Assembly: GCA_934086775.1 (NCBI GenBank)
Contig: CAKOIJ010000001.1
Span: forward strand, 4,141 to 68,140
DNA: 64,000 nucleotides
Reading direction: 5' to 3'
Source: an uncultured Bacilli bacterium
GTDB lineage: Bacteria; Bacillota_I; Bacilli_A; RF39; UBA660
Below, piece after piece: positions 10,383-20,539 of the stretch; the first letter of the stretch is position 1, and every line of letters starts with the position of its first letter. Position numbers and translations under genes: made by a program. Below the pieces are notes generated by a model that was not told the origin of the DNA, ran no database searches, and was given only the letters and a program-made list of their open reading frames with translations.

Positions 10383-10598
10383 CTATTCAGTTTTAAAATC
10401 TTTTAAACTTCCATCTTCTGAAAGAATTTTATTTACTGTTTCAGTAGCATTATTTAGCTTTTCATTACAAAACTTTACTAAGTTCATAGCTTCCATGTAT
10501 TTTTTTACCATATCATCAAGTGCCACTTCTCCTTTTTCAAGTTCTCTAATAATATTTTCGAGTTTTAAAAGTGCTTCTTCAAATGTAATATTTTCCAT
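10383..10598 (-). CDS. xseB: Exodeoxyribonuclease VII small subunit
   Basis: 71 aa, FEEALxxLExIVxxLE pattern, adjacent to xseA. Confidence 0.85.
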   Translation of the reverse strand: MENITFEEALLKLENIIRELEKGEVALDDMVKKYMEAMNLVKFCNEKLNNATETVNKILSEDGSLKDFKTE

Positions 10599-10600
10599 AT

Positions 10601-11860
10601 TTATCCTCCAATTACTTTACTTTCTATTTTACCATTTTTTAATTTAGTTGTAATAATGTCTCCCTCATTCAAAGATGAGACATCACTTATTATTTTACCG
10701 TCTTTTAAAGTTAAGCTATATCCCTTACTTAATATATTCTCGGGATTTAATAATTCTAATTTATTACTTAAGTTTTCCATTGTACTTTTATACTTATCTA
10801 ACTTATATATAATGTTAGGAGTTATATTCTTACTTAAATTGTCAAGTTTTAATTTGCTTTTTTCTACAGTGTATCCCATCATAGTACCAATTTTTTCCAT
10901 TAAAGTATCTAATTTTTGTTCTTCTTTTTCATACATACTTAGTGGATTATTTAAAATATAACTCTTCTTAAGTTTCTTTAGTTCATTATTATAAGAAGAT
11001 ATTTTATTAGTTATAACACTTAGTATTCTAGATTTATAATCGCTTAGATATTTAAGAATTTCTAGTTTAGATGGTACTACTAACTCTGCTGCACCTGTAG
11101 GTGTAGGCGCTCGTAAATCTGCAACAAAATCACAAATAGTATAGTCTATTTCGTGTCCAACAGCGCTTACAACAGGTTTATTCATTTCAAATACTTTTCT
11201 AGCTACTATCTCTTCGTTAAAAGCCCATAAATCTTCGATAGATCCGCCACCCCTACCGAGTATAATAACATCTACATCAGATTTATCTGCTTTATCAAGC
11301 ATTCTTACTATATTTTCTTTAGCACCACTACCTTGTACTAAAGTAGGAAATAAAATTATTTCTGTAAGAGGGAATCTTCTATTAATAGTACTTATAATAT
11401 CTTTAACTGCAGCACCTGTACTAGCTGTTATAACACCAACTTTCTTTGGTATTCTAGGTAATTTCTTTTTATATTTTTCATCAAAAAGTCCTTCTTTTGC
11501 TAGTCTTTTCTTTAACTCTTCAAAAAGAATATAAAGGTTACCTACTCCATCTTGTTTCATTGAAGAAACTGTTATTTGATAACTTCCTCCACTAACAAAT
11601 GTACTAACTTTACCTTTAACTTCCACATTCATTCCATCTTCAGGTACAAAGTCAAGGTTCATGTTTTTATAATTAAACATAACAGCATTTATTTTTGAAT
11701 TTTCATCTTTTAGAGAAAAATATAGGTGTCCTCTTGTATGAAACTTTAAATTACTAATTTCTCCCTTTACATAAACATAATTTAAAAAGGGATCATTATC
11801 CATAATACTCTTAATATAAGTATTTACATCAGTTACACTTAAAAATATATCATTATTCAT
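10601..11860 (-). CDS. xseA: Exodeoxyribonuclease VII large subunit
   Basis: 419 aa, OB-fold N-terminus, GRGGGSxEDLWxFN motif. Confidence 0.9.
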   Translation of the reverse strand: MNNDIFLSVTDVNTYIKSIMDNDPFLNYVYVKGEISNLKFHTRGHLYFSLKDENSKINAVMFNYKNMNLDFVPEDGMNVEVKGKVSTFVSGGSYQITVSSMKQDGVGNLYILFEELKKRLAKEGLFDEKYKKKLPRIPKKVGVITASTGAAVKDIISTINRRFPLTEIILFPTLVQGSGAKENIVRMLDKADKSDVDVIILGRGGGSIEDLWAFNEEIVARKVFEMNKPVVSAVGHEIDYTICDFVADLRAPTPTGAAELVVPSKLEILKYLSDYKSRILSVITNKISSYNNELKKLKKSYILNNPLSMYEKEEQKLDTLMEKIGTMMGYTVEKSKLKLDNLSKNITPNIIYKLDKYKSTMENLSNKLELLNPENILSKGYSLTLKDGKIISDVSSLNEGDIITTKLKNGKIESKVIGG

Positions 11861-12263
11861 TTAAGTCCTCATTATTAAGAATTCCATCTAAAACAGCATT
11901 TAACATTTTAGTTACTTTCTCATCACTATATTTTTTAGATAATTCGATTCCTTCATTAATACTAACTATATGAGGTGTCTTAGTATAAATAAGTTCATAT
12001 GCACTCATTCTAAAAATAGCCCTGTCAATAAAGCCTAATCTTTTAATTTCCCAGTTAGTAATATATTTATTTATAACATTATCTAAAGCATCTTTATTAT
12101 CAAGTACTCCATAAACAATATCTCTTACAAATTTATTGTTTTCTTTATCATTTTCATTTATTACATTTTCCACATTATAATCTATCTTATCACTTTCATA
12201 AACATTTATTTGATAAAGAATAGTCATAATTCTATTTCTTAATTCGCTTCTTGTCGTTTTCAT
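11853..12263 (-). CDS. nusB: Transcription antitermination factor NusB
   Basis: 136 aa. RxxARxxALQxLY-like N-terminus, conserved context with xseA. Confidence 0.85.
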   Translation of the reverse strand: MKTTRSELRNRIMTILYQINVYESDKIDYNVENVINENDKENNKFVRDIVYGVLDNKDALDNVINKYITNWEIKRLGFIDRAIFRMSAYELIYTKTPHIVSINEGIELSKKYSDEKVTKMLNAVLDGILNNEDLNE

Positions 12264-12315
12264 ACCTTCTCCTTCTTAAACATTATACCATAAATAAAAC
12301 TAGTTTTAAACTAGT

Positions 12316-13401
12316 TTATAATTTATTTAATTCTTCTAAAACACCTTCAAAAGTTTTAGCCTTTATTAATTTAATTTTATAATTGTATTTTTCTTTTAAC
12401 TCTTCAGCTTCTTTATAGTTTTCTTCTGGTACTATAAATATATCGGCTTTGTTTTTAACAGCTCCCTTTAATTTATATTTTACTCCTGCAATTTCTCCAA
12501 CAGTACCATCTTCATTTATGGTACCTGTTCCTGCAATCTTTAACCCTTTAGTCGCATCTTCTTTAGTTAGTCTATTATATATCTCAAGTGTACTCATAAG
12601 TCCTCCACTAGAGCCAGACTCACTTCCTTTGTAATTAAATTTAACTTTAACATCAGATTTTATATCAAAGCTCTCTATTAAATAAAGTCCAAGTACTTTC
12701 TCTCCATCATTTTCTATAATAGTAGCTTCTGCCTTCTTTTCTTTATTATCCCTTAGTACATTAATACTTAATGTACTATTAACTTCATTTTCGTTAATAA
12801 CACTTTTTAAATCATCGAATGAGTTAATTCTTTTTCCGTTAATACTTTTAATAGTATCTCCTACTAATAAATCAGTAATAGAGCCCTCCAGTGGATGATA
12901 AACTACTACTTTTCTGTTAATAATTTCATATGGAATACCAGCTTTATCAAATGCTACTTTAACAGCCTTATTTTCAGAACTTTCTAAATCTATTTTACCT
13001 CGTTTTAAAATATCTTTTTTACTTTCTTCATCTATTCTTTCATCATCTATACTAATTAAATCCCAAGATGGAATAACATAACTTAAAAGTATAATAGGAA
13101 TAGTACCAGGTTTAGCTTTAACATATGTTAAGTTAAATGATCCATCTACATCATTACCATTCTCTACTATTATTCTCTTATTTAGATTAGTAAGTCCTCC
13201 TGGCATATATACTTCATAATCTAGTTTGACAGTTACAAGCAAAAATAAAAACAAATAAACTAAAAGAAACTTATAATTATTCTTTATAAATTTTAAAGGC
13301 TTTTCATATATTTTATTAGATAATATTTTTTTCATATTAATATTATAACACATAGAAAGGAATTTAATGACTAATTTTATAAAAAATTTATTATTTTTCA
13401 C
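12316..13401 (-). CDS. YlbL-like PDZ domain protein with Lon-type S16 C-terminal domain (start codon uncertain: GTG at 13401 or ATG at 13335)
   Basis: N-terminal TM, PDZ, C-terminal SGGLMSTLEIYN…GTGTINEDGTVGEIAG Lon_C-like motif. Confidence 0.6.
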   Translation of the reverse strand: MKNNKFFIKLVIKFLSMCYNINMKKILSNKIYEKPLKFIKNNYKFLLVYLFLFLLVTVKLDYEVYMPGGLTNLNKRIIVENGNDVDGSFNLTYVKAKPGTIPIILLSYVIPSWDLISIDDERIDEESKKDILKRGKIDLESSENKAVKVAFDKAGIPYEIINRKVVVYHPLEGSITDLLVGDTIKSINGKRINSFDDLKSVINENEVNSTLSINVLRDNKEKKAEATIIENDGEKVLGLYLIESFDIKSDVKVKFNYKGSESGSSGGLMSTLEIYNRLTKEDATKGLKIAGTGTINEDGTVGEIAGVKYKLKGAVKNKADIFIVPEENYKEAEELKEKYNYKIKLIKAKTFEGVLEELNKL

Positions 13402-14251
13402 ATTTTATACATTAATAGTATTTATATTTATAAATAATTCGGATACTATAGTATCTTCAGTTAACTTTTCAATTAATCTTTTCTTAAATACTGTGTTTCC
13501 ATCATTATTTCCTTTTTTTATGCTTGTAGATATACTTAATAACTATAATTATTTTGGATACTTTAGAAGTATAATAAAATTTAAGTATAGCGATCTTTTT
13601 ATAGTTTCTATAATAAGTGGTTTACCTAGTAATTCAAAATACTTAAGTACCTTAATAAATGAAAACTTAATATCTAAAAAAGATGCTAGTATATTACTTG
13701 GAATTACTTTCTTTCCTAACCCTATGTTTGTAATAGGTATAGTGTCTTCTTTTTTAGGAAGTAAAATAATTGGTATAAAACTTTTAGCATCACTTTATTT
13801 ATCTTCATTTATAGTATTTATTTTAAATTATAAAAAATTAGATAATATTACTTATAATAATAAAAATTTGAAAAAAGACTTTTCTACTTTATTAAAAACT
13901 TCTATATTAAAAAATATATCATTATTATTAGTTATATATGGGACTATATTAATATTTACTATATTAGTAAATCTATTAACTGAATACATAAGTATTAATA
14001 AAATATTCTTAAGTATTATAAATTTATTTTTAGAAATGACTAGTGGTTTAAAACTAACTAGTACTTTAAGTAACCCTACTTTAAAGATAATTCTTTCAGC
14101 TTTTGGTTTGTCCTTTACAGGACTTTCAGTTATAATGCAAGCTTTTACCATACTGCCTAGTTCATCTATAGATATTAAAATATTTATAAAAAATAAATTT
14201 CTAATGATTATGTTAAATATTATAATCATTTATATAATAATAAATATCTAG
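13367..14251 (+). CDS. YlbJ-like sporulation integral membrane protein (nucleoside-recognition/Gate-like)
   Basis: Polytopic membrane protein divergent from the ylbL-like gene as in Bacillus ylbJ-ylbL; RBS aaaggaa. Confidence 0.45.
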   Translation: MTNFIKNLLFFTFYTLIVFIFINNSDTIVSSVNFSINLFLNTVFPSLFPFFMLVDILNNYNYFGYFRSIIKFKYSDLFIVSIISGLPSNSKYLSTLINENLISKKDASILLGITFFPNPMFVIGIVSSFLGSKIIGIKLLASLYLSSFIVFILNYKKLDNITYNNKNLKKDFSTLLKTSILKNISLLLVIYGTILIFTILVNLLTEYISINKIFLSIINLFLEMTSGLKLTSTLSNPTLKIILSAFGLSFTGLSVIMQAFTILPSSSIDIKIFIKNKFLMIMLNIIIIYIIINI

Positions 14252-14685
14252 GATTTCCTAGATATAAATATAATATTATTTTCAGAGTTAGTATAGTCTT
14301 CTAATAATATTTCATAAACAGTATATTTAGGAGTAAGATTCAGACTATAATTACTATTTACTTCTTTTTTTAAAAGTATTAATTTATTCGTTGTGTCAGA
14401 ATAAGTAAGAGTTCCATTTATTAAAGTAATATTTCTTTCTCCAGTAGCAAGCACTATATTACAAACTCCATTAGAACAGTTTGCATTTTTTATTCCTCCA
14501 TTATTATGGATATCTTTATTAATAGTTTCAGATATAACATTTTTATTTAAAATTAAGTTAGACACTGAATCAATACCAATATCTTCTTCATTTATTTGCT
14601 TTAAAAAATTAAGCAAAAATATCATAACAACTGATAACAATGCAACACTTATAGTTAATTCAACTAAAGTAAAACCTTTTTTCAT
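14248..14685 (-). CDS. Prepilin-type N-terminal cleavage/methylation domain protein (pseudopilin)
   Basis: N-terminus MKKGFTLVELTISVALL matches the class III signal K-G|FTLxE. Confidence 0.7.
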   Translation of the reverse strand: MKKGFTLVELTISVALLSVVMIFLLNFLKQINEEDIGIDSVSNLILNKNVISETINKDIHNNGGIKNANCSNGVCNIVLATGERNITLINGTLTYSDTTNKLILLKKEVNSNYSLNLTPKYTVYEILLEDYTNSENNIIFISRKS

Positions 14686-14693
14686 ACACTCAC

Positions 14694-15143
14694 CTATATT
14701 TCTAAAGATGCATAATAATTTTTATTATTATACTTATAATTTGCTATTATATATCTATTATTACCATCTAAAGTTTTCATATATTCTTTCATAGTATTAG
14801 GGACATTTAAATTATCAAGAATTATTACACCTATAGCACTATGGTTTATTAGAATTCTTTCTACATTTAATTCATCAATTAAAAGGGAACAGTCATTGCC
14901 CATATAACTTATGCAATTGTTCTTGGTTATTAAAGTATAACCTTCTGTTTTAATAATACTATCTTTTTTTATATCATTTCTAATAATATCCGTTTTATAG
15001 ATGTCACTAATATTATCATATATTTTTCTAGTATCTATATCTGAAGATATTTTAATTGTAATAGAATACATACTAACTAAAGAGGCAGAAAGAATAGCAA
15101 CAACAACAATTGTTTCTAAAAATATAAAACCTTTTTTATTCAT
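14694..15143 (-). CDS. Prepilin-type N-terminal cleavage/methylation domain protein (pseudopilin)
   Basis: N-terminus MNKKGFIFLETIVVVAIL (G-F-x-x-x-E). Confidence 0.65.
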   Translation of the reverse strand: MNKKGFIFLETIVVVAILSASLVSMYSITIKISSDIDTRKIYDNISDIYKTDIIRNDIKKDSIIKTEGYTLITKNNCISYMGNDCSLLIDELNVERILINHSAIGVIILDNLNVPNTMKEYMKTLDGNNRYIIANYKYNNKNYYASLEI

Positions 15144-15306
15144 TAAAATACTCCTTATTTAATTCATCTTTAATATTTTTTGATAAACCATTTATTAAAT
15201 TATTTCTAGCAGTATATTTACTTAAAATAGAAGCAAGAACTAATATGAATACTATTAGAAATGAATAAACAGTAGCCATAGAAATAAAACCTTTTTTACT
15301 ATTCAT
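15136..15306 (-). CDS. Small pilin-like protein (56 aa, MNSKKGFISMATVYSFLIVFILV…), not in ORF track
   Basis: SD aaggggag 7 nt upstream. KKGF motif plus hydrophobic helix (no +5 Glu, like ComGE/ComGG-type minor pilins). Stop overlaps start of next gene. Confidence 0.45.
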   Translation of the reverse strand: MNSKKGFISMATVYSFLIVFILVLASILSKYTARNNLINGLSKNIKDELNKEYFNE

Positions 15307-15331
15307 AATTTTCTCCCCTTATCCTAATAAA

Positions 15332-15360
15332 ATTATATAACAAAGGTCTGCTGTTGTCAA
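15332..15360 (-). promoter_or_regulatory. Consensus sigma-A promoter TTGACA-17-TATAAT for the pseudopilin operon
   Basis: Minus strand reads ttgacaacagcagacctttgttatataat about 25 nt upstream of the SD of the first pilin-like ORF. Confidence 0.55.
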
Positions 15361-15430
15361 ATAAACAAATTAACCTAAATTAAGATTAATTATACTTCTT
15401 TTTAAGATTCAAAATACGCTAGACATAAAT

Positions 15431-15465
15431 AAAAAACACCTCAGTTTACTGAAGTGTTTTTTATG
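15431..15465 (-). terminator. Intrinsic terminator hairpin (ACACCTCAG…CTGAAGTGT flanked by A/T runs)
   Basis: Stem-loop with flanking homopolymers between the 279-aa gene and the pilin operon promoter. Confidence 0.5.
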
Positions 15466-15674
15466 TACTTAAGATATATTTTTTCATATAATAAAGTATG
15501 AATAAGTTTAATGAGTTTAAAAATTTATATAAACAAAATAGAAAACTTTTTAATATAGTTATATTAGTAGTTAATTTTTTATTATTTATATGGCAATCAA
15601 TTGTAAGTTTAATAGTACCTTCAAGACTTAATATATTTATATTATTAATACTAGTAATTTTATTATTATATCAG

Positions 15675-16514
15675 TTAGTTAAAGACATTTGATTTAATAA
15701 AATTACTAGTTTTGTATGTATAAAATAAACTTGATTTTATTTCTTTAACTTTATCATATTCATTTAATTCTTCGTTTATACTAGTGGGCATACTAATTAA
15801 TATATTAAAAAGTATTATTTCTTCTTCATTTAATTTATTATTTTCGTTATATACTTTAAGTAAATACTCCATATCTACATTATTATACTCATTTCTATAA
15901 AGTTTATATATATCAAGGATTGGTGTATCAACCAAAAAATTATCCCAACCTGTTAAGATATTCTTTTTACCCCTAAAAAAGTTATCTTTCTTTAAGTTAT
16001 TATGTACTACACATACTCTTTCTTTAGTTTTATCTTTAACTAGTTTATACCACTTATTTAATTCTTTTTCTATGTAATATAAATTAGATATAATAATAGA
16101 ATAATTTCTTGCAAATAAATAGTTACTTGGAGACATATATTCTTCATTATCTATAAGTTCTATCTTTTTAGAATATATGTCTTTTAAATAATCAATATTA
16201 TCCATTAACTTATTATAAATTTCTTTAAACTTACTTTTACTAACATTCTTATAATAACTAGTTTTGTAATGTAGAAGACTAACCATATTAATCATACTTT
16301 CATCTATATTATCGTTAAGATTATTTTCTTTTTCAAGATATTCATATTCTAAAAAGTTATTTCTATCGTTCGTTATATTAGGAAAATATTCATAGCCTCT
16401 TGAACTTAAATATTCAAAAAGATCTTTTAAATCTTTTTTCTTTTCTTTAATTACAATTTTTTTACCATTGTTTTCAATTATTTTAACTTTGCCTTTAATA
16501 GTAAATCTATTCAT
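15675..16514 (-). CDS. Hypothetical protein with kinase-like (CotS/YtaA-family-like) features
   Basis: 279 aa. HNNLKKDN and WDNFLVD resemble the degenerate Brenner/DFG motifs of CotS-type spore coat proteins. Translationally coupled to the LysM gene. Confidence 0.3.
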   Translation of the reverse strand: MNRFTIKGKVKIIENNGKKIVIKEKKKDLKDLFEYLSSRGYEYFPNITNDRNNFLEYEYLEKENNLNDNIDESMINMVSLLHYKTSYYKNVSKSKFKEIYNKLMDNIDYLKDIYSKKIELIDNEEYMSPSNYLFARNYSIIISNLYYIEKELNKWYKLVKDKTKERVCVVHNNLKKDNFFRGKKNILTGWDNFLVDTPILDIYKLYRNEYNNVDMEYLLKVYNENNKLNEEEIILFNILISMPTSINEELNEYDKVKEIKSSLFYTYKTSNFIKSNVFN

Positions 16515-17142
16515 TTTCTATATATGGAATTACTATTTTAGAATTAGTTGTTATCTCTGAAAGATTATTATATTCCTTAATATTTTCAACACTTACATTA
16601 TATTTAAGAGCAATACTTTCAATAGTATCTTCTTCTCTCATAATATAAATTTTATATTTAGAATAACCATTATTTTTAATAGAGTTAAAAATATTATCCA
16701 TATTACTCTCTGTAACTGTTGTTTCTTCATTCTTAAGAGTGGTAATAGGCTCTTCTATAATTTCTTCTTCTAAATTATTTTCTTCAATAAAGTCTTCTAT
16801 TGAAGAAACTTCTTCCTCTTTTTTAACTTCTTCATAACACATATTTAATAACATTTTAAGATGTAGAACATCTTTTTCAAGTTCATAACTAAAATCATCT
16901 ATAGTAACACTTATAGTATCCTTATCAATTAAACTAGATAAAGCAATTGTAAAAGGAATTGTATATAGAAAAGTTTCAACACCTACACTAGATTTAGTTA
17001 TTTTATACTCTCCTGATACATCAAAATAACCCTCGATAGTATCTTCATTAATCTTATAATCGTGTGTTAAAGAAATATCGGTTATTTCTGATGCATATGT
17101 TTTTAAAATACAATCTTTTTTAAATTCAATTTTTTGATTCAC
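16507..17142 (-). CDS. LysM domain protein, SpoVID/SipL/SafA-like sporulation protein (GTG start)
   Basis: C-terminal LysM (DTIESIALKYNVSVENIKEYNNL). Acidic middle region. N-terminal domain resembles DUF3794-type. Confidence 0.45.
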   Translation of the reverse strand: MNQKIEFKKDCILKTYASEITDISLTHDYKINEDTIEGYFDVSGEYKITKSSVGVETFLYTIPFTIALSSLIDKDTISVTIDDFSYELEKDVLHLKMLLNMCYEEVKKEEEVSSIEDFIEENNLEEEIIEEPITTLKNEETTVTESNMDNIFNSIKNNGYSKYKIYIMREEDTIESIALKYNVSVENIKEYNNLSEITTNSKIVIPYIENE

Positions 17143-17194
17143 AAATAAAACACTCCTTTCATGTTAATTATATTAAGAAGTGTTTTATTTATGA

Positions 17195-19510
17195 TTAATT
17201 TAAAAATAATTTATTATATATTTCTATATAATTATTTACATATATAAAATTTAACTTAGATTTAATATGAACATCTAACTCTTCAATTTCATTTTTATTA
17301 TCATATGATAGATATATTTCTTTAATACCATTTTTAATAGCGGTTAAACATTTTTCTCTTAATCCTCCAACTGGTAAAACATCACCCAAAAGGGTTATTT
17401 CTCCACTTGAAGAAAATGTACTTTTAACTGGCTTATTTTTTAAAAAACTAAGAATAGCAGTGGTAATAACAGTACCGGCAGAAGGCCCTTCTTTAGGAAC
17501 TCCACCTTCTCTAAAATTTATATGAAGAGTTTTATCAAATGTACTTTTATCAAGTCCAAATTTATCCATGTTTGATTTAATATAACCGATGGAAACTCCA
17601 ATACTTTCTTTTAATGAATTACCTAAATGTCCACTTGTAATAAAGTCTTCTTTCCCACTATAACTAGTTACTTCTATTTCAAGTATTTCACCACCATATG
17701 GTGTATAGGCAAGTCCTTTCACATATCCGGGTTTAATATTATTATTAAATGTTTTAGAGTAATATTTATAACTACCTAAATATCTCTTAATATTATTTTC
17801 ATTAATTATAATTGCTTTCTTTACATTGTATAATTTATTATATGTGATAACTTTTCTAATAATTTTATTAATATTTCTATCAAGTTCTCTAACTCCGCTT
17901 TCTCTAGTATAATTTTCTATTATTTTTAAAATAGCCTCATCTGTAAAAGAAATATCATATCCAGGACATTTACTAAGTGCATTATCTATTAAATAATTCT
18001 TAGCTATTAATAATTTTTCATGATTCAAATAAGAATTAAGTTCTATTATTTCAAGTCTATCTTGAAGTACTCTTGGTATTTCATTTTTATCATTAGCAGT
18101 AAGTATCCATGTAACAGTACTTAAATCTATTCTTTCGTCTATAAAATTATCTACAAAATTTTTATTTTGTTTTACATCTAATAAATCAAGAAGTACACTA
18201 GAAGGATCTCCTTTATAATCTTTACTCATTTTATCTACTTCGTCAAGAAGTATAACAGGGTTCATACTTTCACATCTTATTAAAGCATTCATTATTTTAC
18301 CAGGACTACTACCTATATATGCTTTTCTATGTCCAAGTAGTTCTGAAGGGTCGCTCATACCAGCTAAACTTATCTTATTAAATTTTTTATTTAAAGAAGA
18401 AGCAATGCTTTCGGCAAGCGTTGTTTTACCTACTCCTGGGGGTCCAATTAAACATATAATTGGACTTTCTTTCTCACTAACAGCAATATATTCTAGGACT
18501 CTTTCTTTTGGCTTAGTTAAACCATAATGAGTCTTATCAAGAGCTTTTTTAACACTATTTAAATCATTATTTTCTTTGGTATATTTATTAAAAGGTATAC
18601 TTATTAATGTATCAATATAACTTTTAATAACACTTGCCTCAGGATTATTATCAAGACATAATTCATACCTAGAAATTTCTAGTTTCAACCTATTGATAAT
18701 ATTACTTGGTAAATTATTGTCACTTATTAACTTATTGATATAGTCTATATAATCTCTTTTACTATCTTTTTCTCCCAACTCTTCTTTTATAATCTTCATC
18801 TTTTCTTTTAAAATCATAGACTTTTGCATTTCATCTAAGTCTTGTTTTATTTCATTTTCTATTTTATTTTCAAGTTCAATAATAGCAATTTCTATATTAA
18901 TTTCATTTATTAATTTCTTACATCTGCTTACTCTGCTAGAATCTAGCATTAACTTTAATTTTTTATCAGCAGATATAGGCATAAAATTAGTAGTTATATC
19001 GGTTAAAACTTCTAAATCAGTTATATCTTTAATCTTATTTAAAATAGAATTTGAAGCATAAGGATTTATTTTTATGTATTTTTTTATTACTTCTATTAGT
19101 TTTCTAGTTAAAGCAACTTCTAAAGTCTCATTATATGTTGATACTGGGAAATTAATAATTTCACTTACTAAAATATTATTATCATTCTTATAATAACTAT
19201 ATTTTAATACTTTAACTCTTTTAATTCCGCTTAAAACTATTCTAGTATTACCACTTGGTAAATCTATCTTACTTTTAATAGAGGCTTCTACACCTAGATT
19301 AGGTAGATCACTTGTATCGGGTTTTTCTTCTAAATGATTAATTGGAGTAACTACTAGAATTTTACTATTATATTTAGTCTTAGAAAGTTCAATTATTTTT
19401 TTACTCAAACTGTTATTTAAATCAATTCTTGCTTCTCCAAAAGGGAGTAATACAAGATTTTTTAGTAAAATTACAGGTAAATTACTTTTAATCATGTTTA
19501 TCCCTCCCAT
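17195..19510 (-). CDS. lon: ATP-dependent Lon protease
   Basis: 771 aa. N-terminal LON domain, Walker A GPPGVGKTT, C-terminal S16 domain with KEGPSAGTVI. Confidence 0.9.
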   Translation of the reverse strand: MGGINMIKSNLPVILLKNLVLLPFGEARIDLNNSLSKKIIELSKTKYNSKILVVTPINHLEEKPDTSDLPNLGVEASIKSKIDLPSGNTRIVLSGIKRVKVLKYSYYKNDNNILVSEIINFPVSTYNETLEVALTRKLIEVIKKYIKINPYASNSILNKIKDITDLEVLTDITTNFMPISADKKLKLMLDSSRVSRCKKLINEINIEIAIIELENKIENEIKQDLDEMQKSMILKEKMKIIKEELGEKDSKRDYIDYINKLISDNNLPSNIINRLKLEISRYELCLDNNPEASVIKSYIDTLISIPFNKYTKENNDLNSVKKALDKTHYGLTKPKERVLEYIAVSEKESPIICLIGPPGVGKTTLAESIASSLNKKFNKISLAGMSDPSELLGHRKAYIGSSPGKIMNALIRCESMNPVILLDEVDKMSKDYKGDPSSVLLDLLDVKQNKNFVDNFIDERIDLSTVTWILTANDKNEIPRVLQDRLEIIELNSYLNHEKLLIAKNYLIDNALSKCPGYDISFTDEAILKIIENYTRESGVRELDRNINKIIRKVITYNKLYNVKKAIIINENNIKRYLGSYKYYSKTFNNNIKPGYVKGLAYTPYGGEILEIEVTSYSGKEDFITSGHLGNSLKESIGVSIGYIKSNMDKFGLDKSTFDKTLHINFREGGVPKEGPSAGTVITTAILSFLKNKPVKSTFSSSGEITLLGDVLPVGGLREKCLTAIKNGIKEIYLSYDNKNEIEELDVHIKSKLNFIYVNNYIEIYNKLFLN

Positions 19511-19598
19511 TTGATTAATTATTATAATGTTTTTTTTTCTTCTTGTCTAGTATTTTTAAACTAAAAAAGAATATTATTTTTTTATAACTTAATATTCT

Positions 19599-20537
19599 TT
19601 ATAAATTAATAAAATATGTTTCTAATCCTTTAAATCTATCTATCTCTCCTGTTTTAATTTCATAGTCTAATATACTCAGATTCTTTAACATTTTAACGAG
19701 TTCATTTAAACTTATATTTCTAGAATAATTAATAGAAATCCCCACTCTATAAGGATGTTCTTTTAAATAAGATGCAATCTTTTCTTTATTGTAACCTTCT
19801 TCTAATAATATTTTTGTACATAGTATTAACCTTATATTACTTTCTAGTAAAGATATAATTACTTGAGGTTCTTCTTTATTTTCTATAAGCTCCTTGTAAA
19901 GATTAAAAATACTAGCTTTATCTTTATTTATAACAGCATTTACTAGTTTAAAAATATTACCTTCCTCTTCGTATTTAGTTATAACTTTTTTAACATCATC
20001 TAAGTTAATATTATCACTATTAATTTTATATATTAATAACTTATTTAATTCACTATCTAATACCATGGTATTAGAATTAATTCTTAATGATATTTCTCTT
20101 AGCGCATCATAATCTATTTTTTTATTATTACTTTCAAAAAAATTTTTAGTATAAGAAATAATATCTTTTTCATCTATTAAAGAAAAACTTTTAACCGTAC
20201 TTACTTCTTTTAATTCTTTAACTATTTTCTTCCTTTCATCAAGTTTATCACTATTTACTTTTAAAACTAAATAAGTATTATTATTTGGATTATGTATATA
20301 GTTAGTAAATATCTCGCTTTCTAAAGATCCTTTTCCAGTTAAAAATATACTATTATTTACTACTACCATCTTTTTATCATTAAATAACCCGTTATAAGAA
20401 CATTCTGTTATTATATCAACTATAGGAGTACTATCATAGTCATATACAATTTTATCAGTTATATTATTTTCTTTTATAATATTTTCAATATACTTATCTA
20501 TTAAAATATCATTTTTACCATATAAAACATAAATCAT
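19599..20537 (-). CDS. holA: DNA polymerase III delta subunit
   Basis: 312 aa, typical N-terminus (IYVLYG…), clamp-loader delta family length. Confidence 0.7.
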   Translation of the reverse strand: MIYVLYGKNDILIDKYIENIIKENNITDKIVYDYDSTPIVDIITECSYNGLFNDKKMVVVNNSIFLTGKGSLESEIFTNYIHNPNNNTYLVLKVNSDKLDERKKIVKELKEVSTVKSFSLIDEKDIISYTKNFFESNNKKIDYDALREISLRINSNTMVLDSELNKLLIYKINSDNINLDDVKKVITKYEEEGNIFKLVNAVINKDKASIFNLYKELIENKEEPQVIISLLESNIRLILCTKILLEEGYNKEKIASYLKEHPYRVGISINYSRNISLNELVKMLKNLSILDYEIKTGEIDRFKGLETYFINL

Positions 20538-20539
20538 AT

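Noticed and set aside
15498-15692. 64-aa plus-strand ORF between the pilin operon and the 279-aa gene
   Set aside because: No SD. It overlaps the 3' end of the minus-strand gene and reads as hydrophobic AT-rich noise.
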